The notes under the pieces are model-generated. The model did no database searches, was not told the origin of the DNA, and worked only from the letters and a program-made list of their open reading frames with translations. From a virus, in the IMG/VR virus record IMGVR_UViG_3300037234_000551, positions 8,603 through 72,602 of that record: 64,000 nt of DNA; one strand, written 5' to 3'. Shown here piece after piece: positions 41,078 to 50,775 of this stretch (the stretch's first letter is position 1; the number at the start of each line of letters is the position of its first letter). Position numbers and translations under genes: made by a program.

Positions 41078-41566
41078 ATGGCAAGAGGATTCACAAGAGA
41101 GCAACTGGATGAAAAGACGGTTAAGGAACTTCGTGGTGTAGCCAAGAATTTGGGTTGTGTTGGATATTCCAAGAAACCCAAGGCTACTGTTATCGAGCTC
41201 ATCATAGAGAAACAGGGTGGTCCGGTAACGGCTGCTCCTTCGACTGCGAAAGCGAAGGCTGCTCCTGCAAAGAAAGATGATAAACTCTCTCAGGCCGAGT
41301 TCAGCTTGCAGAGTGTCCTTACCAAACCAAGTGCGAAGTTTGGTGACAAGACAACTACAACTATCCGAGTGTCTTGTGGGGCTGCTGCAGGTGACTTCAG
41401 TGTATGCGGCAAGACAGTTGGTGCCGTGTCTGAGTTTCTTCGGGAAGTCTTGAACATTGACCGAATGGCCCAAGGTGTTGTCAATGGAAAGACTGTTGAC
41501 GGCAGCTATTTGCTGAAAGATGGGGACAATCTAGAGTTCCTAAAGGCAGCAGGCCGGAAGGGATAG
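41078..41566 (+). CDS. ubiquitin-like (beta-grasp) protein with N-terminal Rho-N/HeH domain
   Basis: N-term LDEKTVKELRGVAKNLG...YSK.PK..VIELI; C-term VVNGKTVD.SY.LKDGDNLEF.KAAGRKG ending in Gly. Confidence 0.8.
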   Translation: MARGFTREQLDEKTVKELRGVAKNLGCVGYSKKPKATVIELIIEKQGGPVTAAPSTAKAKAAPAKKDDKLSQAEFSLQSVLTKPSAKFGDKTTTTIRVSCGAAAGDFSVCGKTVGAVSEFLREVLNIDRMAQGVVNGKTVDGSYLLKDGDNLEFLKAAGRKG

Positions 41567-41589
41567 AGTCAGAAGAAATAGAAAGTTGT

Positions 41590-41638
41590 CTCCATTGTGG
41601 TGGTGTGGGTTATAGACTCCACACCACTGCATGGGGGG
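41590..41638 (+). terminator. strong hairpin after the Ubl gene
   Basis: GTGGTGGTGTGG...CCACACCACTGC; no U-tract. Confidence 0.4.
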
Positions 41639-41695
41639 CCAAGTATGAAAGATACTGTGTTTGCGTAGAACTTCTGGCCGAATGGAGAAAAGTTA

Positions 41696-42109
41696 GTGAA
41701 TCTAGAACTTATTAAGAAATACGATGATTATTACCTTGTTAGAAATGAACAAGGCGAGGAAATTAAGTTGTACATTCTTAAACAAGAAGAGCTCGACGAA
41801 ATCAGGCGTAAAGGCAACCTTAAAGTTGCCGAGGGTCTAGATTCTAAGATGTTGATGCGCCTTTCATCAATGTTGGAAACCATTGATAAGGCAGAAATTC
41901 TCATTGAGCATTATGAGGGGGCAGCAACACGACTAGTCGAGCACTTGAAGATGTGCTATGATGAAGTTGGACGACCAAATCTATTTCACCATCCTATAAA
42001 GAATCTTGACCCGGAACAATATGGTCGTGCTCAGACGTTTCGTAAAGAAACTAGAAATTTAATAGAAACAGTTCATGAGGTAATTGAACTTAAACGTGAG
42101 TCAAAATAG
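41696..42109 (+). CDS. hypothetical protein
   Basis: ORF; GGAG RBS. Confidence 0.5.
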   Translation: MNLELIKKYDDYYLVRNEQGEEIKLYILKQEELDEIRRKGNLKVAEGLDSKMLMRLSSMLETIDKAEILIEHYEGAATRLVEHLKMCYDEVGRPNLFHHPIKNLDPEQYGRAQTFRKETRNLIETVHEVIELKRESK

Positions 42110-42180
42110 CGGTGACCGGGATCATTTATTGATCTCGGTCACTATTCTCTAATTGAAGAACAAACAATAAAGGATCGAGC

Positions 42181-43050
42181 GTGAAACAAAGAATCGCAAT
42201 CCTTGGAGTCGGATCTTTAGGTGGCTATCTAGCGGAAAGTTTAGCTAGTACTGATAGTCTAAAAGAATTAATTTTGATTGACAATGACATTGTACAAGAG
42301 AAAAATACTAGAAATTCGATTTACACAAAAAGAGACGTTGGAGATTTAAAAGTAAATGCCATGTATAATCTCTTGAAGTCTCTCAATGAAGATATTATAA
42401 TAGCAATATCCAGAGAGAAATTTATAGAAGGAGAAACCGAACTTCCCACCTGTGACTTAGTCATAGATTGTAGAGACTATGTCTATGATCGAGGCGATGT
42501 AATAGATGTTCGAGCATCTATTTCTGGCCGATACCTTATTATCGACTGTCGAAAAAATGTAACATATCCTTTTAATTACGACGGCAGATATAACCTACCT
42601 TTAAAGAAAACTGATCTTAAGAATGCTGCACTACAGCTTGCTATCCTAATTGATAGTAATAGTATTATTAATCAGTGGGTAGCTGAGCAGGAAATATATG
42701 AGCTAAGTTTAGATCATCACGCAAGAGAGATTAGAAGAGATATTCAAGATAGAAGAAAAGACACAGATTTAGTTTATGAACCTGACGTAGATGATGCTAG
42801 ACTACTAAAACTAGAACAGAGTTTTCGGCCAATTATGGAGGTAAATCAAAAGAAGGATGTTAAAGTTTGCTTGGGTGAGAAGGAGAGGCATGTTGGTTGT
42901 AAGATTGTTCCTAGAGGCCAATTGAACACCCCTCAGGCTGTAGTCTCCAGTTTAAAATCGGTAATGAATCTCTATCCGTTTGAAAGGAGTTTCATAATTC
43001 GAGTTGAGGGAGATCATATTCAGTTATTATTTGTTACGGGCGGTGCGTGA
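42181..43050 (+). CDS. second ThiF/E1-like protein with MoaD/ThiS-like C-terminus
   Basis: ILGVGSLGG, LIDND.V.EKN.RN, DLVIDC.D; ends EGDHIQLLFVTGGA. Confidence 0.75.
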   Translation: MKQRIAILGVGSLGGYLAESLASTDSLKELILIDNDIVQEKNTRNSIYTKRDVGDLKVNAMYNLLKSLNEDIIIAISREKFIEGETELPTCDLVIDCRDYVYDRGDVIDVRASISGRYLIIDCRKNVTYPFNYDGRYNLPLKKTDLKNAALQLAILIDSNSIINQWVAEQEIYELSLDHHAREIRRDIQDRRKDTDLVYEPDVDDARLLKLEQSFRPIMEVNQKKDVKVCLGEKERHVGCKIVPRGQLNTPQAVVSSLKSVMNLYPFERSFIIRVEGDHIQLLFVTGGA

Positions 43051-43373
43051 TGAGAATATTAAATTTCAATACGCGCCTTTTCCCCCTAAGATTTTTTTAT
43101 AAAGGAGACACGTTTCCCATTTCTAAGATAAATAAAGAGTATATGATAACTAACTATAAAATATATCTTGTAGATGGTCGTATTGACAAGGTAATTATTG
43201 ACTCTAAGCATCCGAATGCTCATCCTGATACAGGGGAGTTCTGCTTAGATGAGCAAATCAAGAAACAAGAGTATAATAATAATCTAAGAAAATTTATTGA
43301 AATGGTAATGTGTAATTTTTATCTTGACGACTGCTACTTCAAACCATGGCTAGACTTCAGTTGGGAGGAGTAA
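43047..43373 (+). CDS. minimal E2/UBC-like protein
   Basis: HPNAHPDTGEFCL matches the E2 HPN...G..CL active-site pattern; follows an E1-like gene. Confidence 0.55.
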   Translation: MMRILNFNTRLFPLRFFYKGDTFPISKINKEYMITNYKIYLVDGRIDKVIIDSKHPNAHPDTGEFCLDEQIKKQEYNNNLRKFIEMVMCNFYLDDCYFKPWLDFSWEE

Positions 43374-43374
43374 T

Positions 43375-46080
43375 ATGCCAAGTCTTCTTGACATTAACGA
43401 GTTTTCTAAGGAGTTAAAAGAAGTTACCTCAATAAAGATGATGGCGAAAAAGAAGTTCCATCCAAAAGGACTGTTCTCTGAGCAGATCTTCGGCCCAGTT
43501 AGGAATTTTACTTGTCAGTGTGGTACGTATTATGGAATTTCTGGTGCTGGTGGAACTTGTGCTGTATGTGAGGTTGATATTGTTAATAGTGATGAGAGGA
43601 GAAGGAAGTTTGCTAGAATAATCCTTCCTTTTCCGGTTGTGAATCCAATTTTCTATGAATTGGTAGCTGATATTGGAGGTTCAAAAATAAAAGGCCTTCT
43701 AGATAGTTTAATGAGAAATGAACAAAGTATTTTATATGTGATTGACGATGAATATGGAGTCGCTACTGATGATTCAGCGATTCCATCTGGTGCAGAGAAA
43801 TTTGAGAAAGTTGTAGCAATTGACAAACTTGTAAGGGACCTTTCCCATATGTTTGTTGAGGATGGTATTCTTGAGTGGAAAGTGATTAGAGATAACTTGG
43901 ACAAACTGTTTATACACAATGTCCTTGTATTGCCCCCTGACCTTAGACCGGCTGCGAAAAATATTGAAAGAAACAACCAAGTGGTTGATCAAATAAATAG
44001 ATATTACATTCAGATACTTACGAAGAAAGAAATTATGAGAGACACAATAGTTGACATACATAGGGATAAGAAGCTTTTCTATAGCTACTTTACCCAAATT
44101 CAGAAAGATGTGAATGAGTTGTACTCACACATTATTTCTAAATTAGCAAAGAAGGAAGGTCTGATTAGGGGAAATATCTTAGGTAAGAGAATTGATTTTT
44201 CTGGTCGAGCTGTGATAATTCCTGACCCTGTATTGAAATTAGATGAATGTGTTTTACCTTACCTGATGTTTCTCGAACTGTTCAAATTACAGATATCTAA
44301 GAAACTCATAGAGATTGGTAGATTTAAATTACTGAATGATTCTATTGACTTTGTTGATGATTGTATAGAAATGAGATCTCCAGTGCTCTATCGAGTTTGT
44401 GAAGAAATTGCTGAGGATGAAGTCTGTTTACTGAATAGACAACCTTCATTACACCGATTGAGTATGGTTGGTTTTAACATCAAAATATCTCTAGATAATG
44501 TTATTAAGATCCATCCATTAGCATGCCCTGGTTTCAACGCTGATTTTGATGGAGATCAAATGGCAGTCTACATTCCAATTTCTGAAGAATCAAAGAATGA
44601 GGTGAGAGAAAAATTTCTCATAACGAAAAATTTGAGTAATCCAGCGAATGAGAGTTTAGCAACAATTCCAAGTCAAGACATAATTCTTGGAGTATTTGCC
44701 CTAACAAATGATAGTTTTTCTGAATTATCAAATAAAGTTGAGTTCAAGGGAGAACAAGTTAACGAAGGAGTAAAGATATTTAATGAATGTTTACCAGAGG
44801 ACTATCCTCTGATTAATGAGGCAGTTAGAAAGAGAAAGTTGATGATTATACTCAATGATATTAAAAATAGATATGATGTGGAAGTTGTTCAGGAAGTTCT
44901 AGATAAGATAAAATTTATTGGTTTTAAGTACTCAACCTTATTTGGGGCGACCATGTCTCTTGACTCATTTGATGGAGATTTGTCCAAGATAAAAGATGAG
45001 ATATACTCGGGTCAAAGTATAAGAAATCAGATTGAAATGATCTCTAGTGAAAAAACCACAAAGGCGCTTCGAGACAGTTTTAAGTATTCATACATGGTTG
45101 AGTCTGGAGCAAGAGGAAGTTGGGATCAGGTTGGGCAGATAATATTGACCCGAGGTTTTATCTCCAATTTCAAAGGTCAAATTCTTCAGACACCAATTAA
45201 ACATAGTCTTTTAGAAGGTTTGACTCATGAAGAGTTTTTCAACTCCACATATGGTTGCAGAAAAGGACTCTTGGATGTTGCACTCAATACTGGTGCGTCT
45301 GGTTATTTGTCAAGGAAGTTAATCTTTGCTTGTGCAAATCTTCAGATTGGAGACCACGAAGATTGTGGAACAACTGATCTTCTTGAAGTCCATGTGAAGA
45401 ATGATAGAAAGGCAAGAATGCTGATTAATAGGCACTACAATGATAATGGAAATCTAGATAAGATAACTAGTGAGAATCATTTATCTTTTGTCGATAAAGT
45501 AATTAATATTAGAAGTCCAATATTTTGCAAAACTTCAAAAGTATGTAGAACATGCTACGGAGACTTGTATAAAGTTTTGGATAGTAGGTTTGTTGGAGTT
45601 ATTGCTGCACAAAGTCTAGGAGAGTGTAATACCCAACTCGTCTTAAGGACTTTTCATACATCTGGAGTTGCCCATGTGAAAGAGGGAGAACAAGCAGATG
45701 ATGAAGCAGTAAGACAGATGGATATTATTGGTGACCTTGCAACAGCATCTAAATTGCTACATAAGTTTGATAAGAAGAATCACACAAGTATTGTCTCTGA
45801 TCTCTTTGATGTCTACAACACAAATCGAAGCATCCATCATGTTCATTTTGAATGTGTGGTTTCTCAATTAATGTGGAAAGGCACAAGAAAGTGGAGACTG
45901 TTAGAAGGACGAGAAAAGTTAAGCCCAGAATATCACTCAGTACAGAAAGTACCAAGTTATGAGAGTTGGTTACTAGGTTTAGCATTTTCAAGACCAAAGC
46001 AACATATCTTAAAAGGAATTTTGCAACCAGGAAGATACTACGGAGTTATGGACAAGATTCTATGCGGAAAGGAGTTATAG
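43375..46080 (+). CDS. rpoC: multi-subunit RNA polymerase beta'-like subunit (set 2)
   Basis: GLFSEQIFGP, CQCG...CAVC zinc site, LGKRIDFSGRAVI, LNRQPSLHR, NADFDGD, RTFHTSG. Confidence 0.95.
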   Translation: MPSLLDINEFSKELKEVTSIKMMAKKKFHPKGLFSEQIFGPVRNFTCQCGTYYGISGAGGTCAVCEVDIVNSDERRRKFARIILPFPVVNPIFYELVADIGGSKIKGLLDSLMRNEQSILYVIDDEYGVATDDSAIPSGAEKFEKVVAIDKLVRDLSHMFVEDGILEWKVIRDNLDKLFIHNVLVLPPDLRPAAKNIERNNQVVDQINRYYIQILTKKEIMRDTIVDIHRDKKLFYSYFTQIQKDVNELYSHIISKLAKKEGLIRGNILGKRIDFSGRAVIIPDPVLKLDECVLPYLMFLELFKLQISKKLIEIGRFKLLNDSIDFVDDCIEMRSPVLYRVCEEIAEDEVCLLNRQPSLHRLSMVGFNIKISLDNVIKIHPLACPGFNADFDGDQMAVYIPISEESKNEVREKFLITKNLSNPANESLATIPSQDIILGVFALTNDSFSELSNKVEFKGEQVNEGVKIFNECLPEDYPLINEAVRKRKLMIILNDIKNRYDVEVVQEVLDKIKFIGFKYSTLFGATMSLDSFDGDLSKIKDEIYSGQSIRNQIEMISSEKTTKALRDSFKYSYMVESGARGSWDQVGQIILTRGFISNFKGQILQTPIKHSLLEGLTHEEFFNSTYGCRKGLLDVALNTGASGYLSRKLIFACANLQIGDHEDCGTTDLLEVHVKNDRKARMLINRHYNDNGNLDKITSENHLSFVDKVINIRSPIFCKTSKVCRTCYGDLYKVLDSRFVGVIAAQSLGECNTQLVLRTFHTSGVAHVKEGEQADDEAVRQMDIIGDLATASKLLHKFDKKNHTSIVSDLFDVYNTNRSIHHVHFECVVSQLMWKGTRKWRLLEGREKLSPEYHSVQKVPSYESWLLGLAFSRPKQHILKGILQPGRYYGVMDKILCGKEL

Positions 46081-46331
46081 TGAAAGTAGAAGGACTTCTA
46101 CATTCATTTGATGTGTCTTGTCAAACGAGACAATTTACTAGGAGGAGGTTATTGAGATTTATAAGATTGAATGCTCATTTACTAAAAGACCATCAATTTT
46201 ATGGATGGATAATGAAAAAAGTTGATAGGAACTATATGACTGATATTACAGATAGTGATGTGATAAATTTTGTAACATGGATTGCAAAAAAGACGGGAGG
46301 ACAAGTTGAACATACTCAATCCGTACTTTAA
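46080..46331 (+). CDS. hypothetical protein between RNAP subunits
   Basis: GTG overlapping the beta' stop; AAGGAG RBS. Confidence 0.5.
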   Translation: MKVEGLLHSFDVSCQTRQFTRRRLLRFIRLNAHLLKDHQFYGWIMKKVDRNYMTDITDSDVINFVTWIAKKTGGQVEHTQSVL

Positions 46332-49305
46332 AGTTAATGAGGAGAACAATATTTTTTCAATTCGAAAAAATGAACTCTCCTCCTTAACTGAGAAGGTAAG
46401 GGAAATTCTGAAACCTGCTGAGGAACTAGGATTTGAAGTAACTGATTTTTGTATCAAAGAATCAAAGTTTACCTCAGGAGAGTTGTTCAAAACCCTAAAG
46501 CAGAACTTGGTTATTAAGTTACAAAAAGGGAACTCTGAGATTGATCTGAGTATGGCAATACCAAAACTCATTGATCATAATTACATAATGATAAAAGGTA
46601 GGAAAAAGATTCCACAATTCCAACTTTTTGATATTCCCATTGTTACAAGAGGAAAATCAATTAAGTTAAGAACGAATGTTGCTTCAATAATGGTCTTTGA
46701 GGAAAGGCAACAACCACATATAAAATTGAGTATTCTTGGTAAGAAAGTCTCATTTGCTTTAATTATGTTTGCTTACTATGGATTAGAAGAAATGAATACA
46801 CGATTTGGTCTGTCTAATATGACAGTAAGTGGAAATACTGCACTTGATAAGCTAATGCTAGACTTGAAAGTCTACTATGATAACTCAAGAGATTGGACAC
46901 AAGATGATTTTATGAATGAGATTGGGAGACATTACTCTCAATACAATGTGAAGTCAAAGGGAGAAGATCTTATATATGCCCTTGATTTAATTCTTAAAAC
47001 TGATGTAATGTCAGCTGAATACTTTGCGACTGGATCTATATTAGAAGAATTATATGAGGCCATTGCTGGTAAAGAATATGATGATACCGACTTTAGAAAT
47101 AAGAGAGTTAGATGTGCAGAATATATGATTTTATCAAAGGTTTCAAAGGCTGTCTTTGATTTATGTATGTCTAATAGGACAACTCGTCAACCGAAGTTTA
47201 ATATAAACTCATCTCAGATTCTCTCTGAGTGTAATGTGTCTGATATTGTTCAATTCGATTTTGCGATTAACCCAATTGAAGAATTGACCAGGTTATCAAG
47301 AGTAAGTCTGATTGGACCTGGAGGTTTTAATCGTGAGAATGTTCCTGAGCATTTGAGAGACATTTGTCCTAGTATGTTTGGGAGAATATGTCCAGTTGAT
47401 ACGCCAGATAGAGATAACTGTGGAGTTATTCAGAACTTGCTTCCAAATGTGAAATTAGATAGCAATTTGAGATTTTCTGAGGAGGTTCTGGATAAACAAG
47501 TTATTTCTATTCCTGTTTCTATGGTTCCATTTCTTGAGCATAATGATCAGACGAGATTGCAGATGTCTGCATCTCAGATGAGACAGTCAATAATGCTGAG
47601 GAGTTTTGATAAACCCATAATTCAATCTGGTTGTGAAGGTCTATACACTGACTTCACTCAATTTGTTAAGAGAGCAAAAAAGAGCGGAGAAGTCGTACAT
47701 CAGGATGGTAAATTCTTAGTTGTTAAATATGATGATAATGAAACTGATGTTTTTGATATTGCGTATCGAAAGATATATGTTGAGAATATGGATATTATGA
47801 AAGTTTATGTTAAGGTTGGGGACAAGTTTGGAGCTGGAGAAATTCTAGCTGAAAGCGGTTTTGTCACTGACGGAGAAATAAACTTTGGAAGAAATCTGTT
47901 AACCGCTGTCATGACATACTATGGTCATAATTATGAAGATGGAATAGTTATATCTGACCGATTAGTTAAAGAGCGAATTTTTACTTCTATACACTATCGA
48001 GATTTATCATTTACGGTTCCACCAAATAAAGTTCTTTTGAGTCTAGCTAATAGTGATTATAAACCATTACCTGATATAATGGAAGATATAGATCCTGGTC
48101 AACCATATGCGACAATGAAAGAAGTAACATCTGGTTTAGACTTTTACTCCGTTTTTGAAGAACAAATGCCTCTTACAACCAGAAAGAAGGTTCGGATAAC
48201 TGATATAAGTATATATGCAAATGTGTGGAATAAGGAGATACCTGAGTATAGAGATTGGATTGAAAAGAAGCTAGAAGATCAAAAACAGAAGGAAAGTGAA
48301 TTTCAAAAGGTCATATTTGACCATCTTCCAACTGTAGAAGCAAAACAGTTTATTCGAGATCGAAATTTGAGTAAATTCTCTCACATTGGTCGATACAAAG
48401 TTAAGGGCGAACCAGTTAATGGAGTTCGTATTGAGATGTTTGGTGTCTATCTTAGACCAATACAGGCGGGAGATAAAATTGCAAACAGACATGGTAATAA
48501 GGGAGTTATCTCTAGGATAGTTCCACATGAGAAAATGCCTCAACTTCCGGATGGAAGGAATGTTGATATTTGTATAAATCCTCTAGGGATAATTTCGAGA
48601 ATGAACATTGGTCAGTTATTTGAGTTACACTTAGCAATGTCTTTTGTGGACTTAAAAGCAAAACTAATTGAAATGATTGATAAGGAGGAAAGTCAGAAAG
48701 ACATTAAGAAAGCGTTGCTTCATTATATTAAGACTGCGGATAATACTGAAGACAAATGGTATTATAAGCAGTTTAAAGAGCAACTTCCCAAAACAATTGA
48801 TAAAGGGTTTATTGATAAGTTGTCATTGATTCAACCTCCATTTGAGTCTGTTTCATTGGAGATGGTCAAAGAAGCAATGGGGAGAACAGGAACTCAATTT
48901 GAGTATGGTATTTATGATCCTATCTCGAAAGAAAATCTTCTAAATAAAATTGCTGTTGGTTATATCTATTTCTTTAAGATGGTTCATATAGCTGAGACAA
49001 GACTTGCAGCAAGGGGGATTGGATCATATGCAAAGAAAACCCTTCAACCGTTAGGAGGTAGAAAACACAGGGGCGGTCAGAGATGTGGAGAAATGGAAAC
49101 TGCGTGTCTAATTGCACATGATGGACCAGTTAATTTGGCTGAATTTCTGACAACAAAATCGGATTGTATAGACTTGAAAAATAGATATATCAACGAGACG
49201 ATTGAGTCAGAGTTCATCAAACCAAAAGAAGATGAAGATGATGTTTCTGAGTCGGTTAAATTGTTAGATGCATACTTTAATGTGATTGGAGTTTCGAAAG
49301 AATGA
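46306..49305 (+). CDS. rpoB: multi-subunit RNA polymerase beta-like subunit (set 2)
   Basis: GPGG, GRICPVDTPD, MSASQMRQS, GHNYEDGIVIS, GDKIANRHGNKG, GGQRCGEME; TTG start after GGGAGG. Confidence 0.95.
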   Translation: MNILNPYFKVNEENNIFSIRKNELSSLTEKVREILKPAEELGFEVTDFCIKESKFTSGELFKTLKQNLVIKLQKGNSEIDLSMAIPKLIDHNYIMIKGRKKIPQFQLFDIPIVTRGKSIKLRTNVASIMVFEERQQPHIKLSILGKKVSFALIMFAYYGLEEMNTRFGLSNMTVSGNTALDKLMLDLKVYYDNSRDWTQDDFMNEIGRHYSQYNVKSKGEDLIYALDLILKTDVMSAEYFATGSILEELYEAIAGKEYDDTDFRNKRVRCAEYMILSKVSKAVFDLCMSNRTTRQPKFNINSSQILSECNVSDIVQFDFAINPIEELTRLSRVSLIGPGGFNRENVPEHLRDICPSMFGRICPVDTPDRDNCGVIQNLLPNVKLDSNLRFSEEVLDKQVISIPVSMVPFLEHNDQTRLQMSASQMRQSIMLRSFDKPIIQSGCEGLYTDFTQFVKRAKKSGEVVHQDGKFLVVKYDDNETDVFDIAYRKIYVENMDIMKVYVKVGDKFGAGEILAESGFVTDGEINFGRNLLTAVMTYYGHNYEDGIVISDRLVKERIFTSIHYRDLSFTVPPNKVLLSLANSDYKPLPDIMEDIDPGQPYATMKEVTSGLDFYSVFEEQMPLTTRKKVRITDISIYANVWNKEIPEYRDWIEKKLEDQKQKESEFQKVIFDHLPTVEAKQFIRDRNLSKFSHIGRYKVKGEPVNGVRIEMFGVYLRPIQAGDKIANRHGNKGVISRIVPHEKMPQLPDGRNVDICINPLGIISRMNIGQLFELHLAMSFVDLKAKLIEMIDKEESQKDIKKALLHYIKTADNTEDKWYYKQFKEQLPKTIDKGFIDKLSLIQPPFESVSLEMVKEAMGRTGTQFEYGIYDPISKENLLNKIAVGYIYFFKMVHIAETRLAARGIGSYAKKTLQPLGGRKHRGGQRCGEMETACLIAHDGPVNLAEFLTTKSDCIDLKNRYINETIESEFIKPKEDEDDVSESVKLLDAYFNVIGVSKE

Positions 49306-49604
49306 AACACAGAAAAACTGGTTTAGAAATTGCTACTAATCTAGAGGAAGCGTGGGAAAAATTTCCCTATGATTATAAATGTTATGTACTAAGGATCTGT
49401 CCTGAGTGCGGTGAGTTGTTGCGGGTTTTTCAAGAGCCACACAATGCTATGTCCTGTGGTAAGTGTGGTTTCTATGCTGGAATTGAAATAACTGAACATA
49501 ACAGAGAACATTTTACAATAGGTAGAGCGCCAGGTCTAGGTACGACCGGAAGGAGACCTAAGAAAGTAATGCCTTTGAAAAGCACAAGTTTCGGAAAGGT
49601 GTAA
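49302..49604 (+). CDS. zinc-ribbon protein
   Basis: CPECG...CGKCG. Confidence 0.55.
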   Translation: MKHRKTGLEIATNLEEAWEKFPYDYKCYVLRICPECGELLRVFQEPHNAMSCGKCGFYAGIEITEHNREHFTIGRAPGLGTTGRRPKKVMPLKSTSFGKV

Positions 49605-49782
49605 TATGTCAACCTTAGATAAAGGTTCAATAACAATTTCTAAAAAGGGAGTTGATCAAGTTAGAAAAGTTTTAGAAGAAGTTATCGAATTTGAAGAGTG
49701 CTTTGCACATGAGGTAGGAGAATCTAACTGTCTCCATTGTAATGCAGACTTAGCACACAGTTACTTAAAGGAGGATGAGTGA

Positions 49783-50070
49783 ATGGCGAAAGTTTACAAT
49801 TACTATGAAATGAAGTTACGAAGATTCTCCAAGGAGATGGTAGAGATTGTTGATAAAATAGTGAAGATAGAAAAGAAGTGGACTTTGGGTGCAACAACTG
49901 TTGAAGAAGCACGTACAGATTTACTAATGGTAGGGGAGTTGATTAAGACTTTGACAGACAAAGCACTAGAGTTGAATGTAATTGGTGATAAGTATGATCT
50001 TGTCAAGTTCAGACTCGATAACTCAAGAGCAAAGATAAGGAAAGCACTTAGAGGAGATTGGGGTGAGTGA
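49783..50070 (+). CDS. hypothetical protein
   Basis: GGAGG RBS. Confidence 0.55.
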   Translation: MAKVYNYYEMKLRRFSKEMVEIVDKIVKIEKKWTLGATTVEEARTDLLMVGELIKTLTDKALELNVIGDKYDLVKFRLDNSRAKIRKALRGDWGE

Positions 50071-50161
50071 CGGAATCTTAAAATAGTGGCAGACGTACGT
50101 GGCAAATCAGGTGTCACGTAGCCGTAAAAGGCTATTGCGGGTTCGACTCCCGCCTCACCCC
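50060..50161 (+). tRNA. atypical tRNA-like RNA (long variable arm; central UCA in anticodon-position loop)
   Basis: GGGGTGAG/CTCACCCC acceptor, GCGGG-TTCGACT-CCCGC T-arm, TAGCC-GTAAAA-GGCTA variable arm, enlarged D-loop, extended anticodon stem; no encoded CCA. Confidence 0.6.
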
Positions 50162-50187
50162 TCACTTTTTAATCTGAGGTATCTGAA

Positions 50188-50595
50188 ATGGCAAAAATCT
50201 ACATCTATTCAAGGAGGCAAATACAGAGGTTACTCCCTTCAAGTAAATCAATTTTAATCTCCATAACCGATCCAGGTCGAGATTATCCGAAAGTTACCGG
50301 TGGTTGGAGATCCCTCCAATTAAGATTCCATGACATTGATGAAGTAAGGGAAAAGGGTGATGTAATAATTAATGATTGGCATGCAGTGAATATACTTAAG
50401 TATCTCGATATGACTCAACCTGAAGAAATCGCGATTAACTGTGAAGCGGGAATTAGTCGAAGTGCAGGCGTTGCGGTCGCACTAGAGGAAATTCTAAATG
50501 GGAACAACAAAGCGTACAAAAAGTATCCAAACCATAATCGAAGGGTTGCTTCAACGATACTTCGGGTATGGCACGAAAGATTTAGTGGGAATTAA
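50188..50595 (+). CDS. protein-tyrosine/dual-specificity phosphatase-like protein
   Basis: NCEAGISRS (CX5R), F.DID, PN..V. Confidence 0.8.
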   Translation: MAKIYIYSRRQIQRLLPSSKSILISITDPGRDYPKVTGGWRSLQLRFHDIDEVREKGDVIINDWHAVNILKYLDMTQPEEIAINCEAGISRSAGVAVALEEILNGNNKAYKKYPNHNRRVASTILRVWHERFSGN

Positions 50596-50775
50596 TTTAG
50601 ACGAAGATTCTGAAGATCCATGTCTTGAATGCCTTTTAGTTTCATCTTGTCATACTCAGTGTGGTCAGAAGGCAGCACACAAAATGTTAGACTATCTAAA
50701 TAGTCCTGGTATAAATCCGAATAGTTGCGTTATTGGTTACACACAAAATAAGAAGACGAAGGAGTTGAGAATAAT

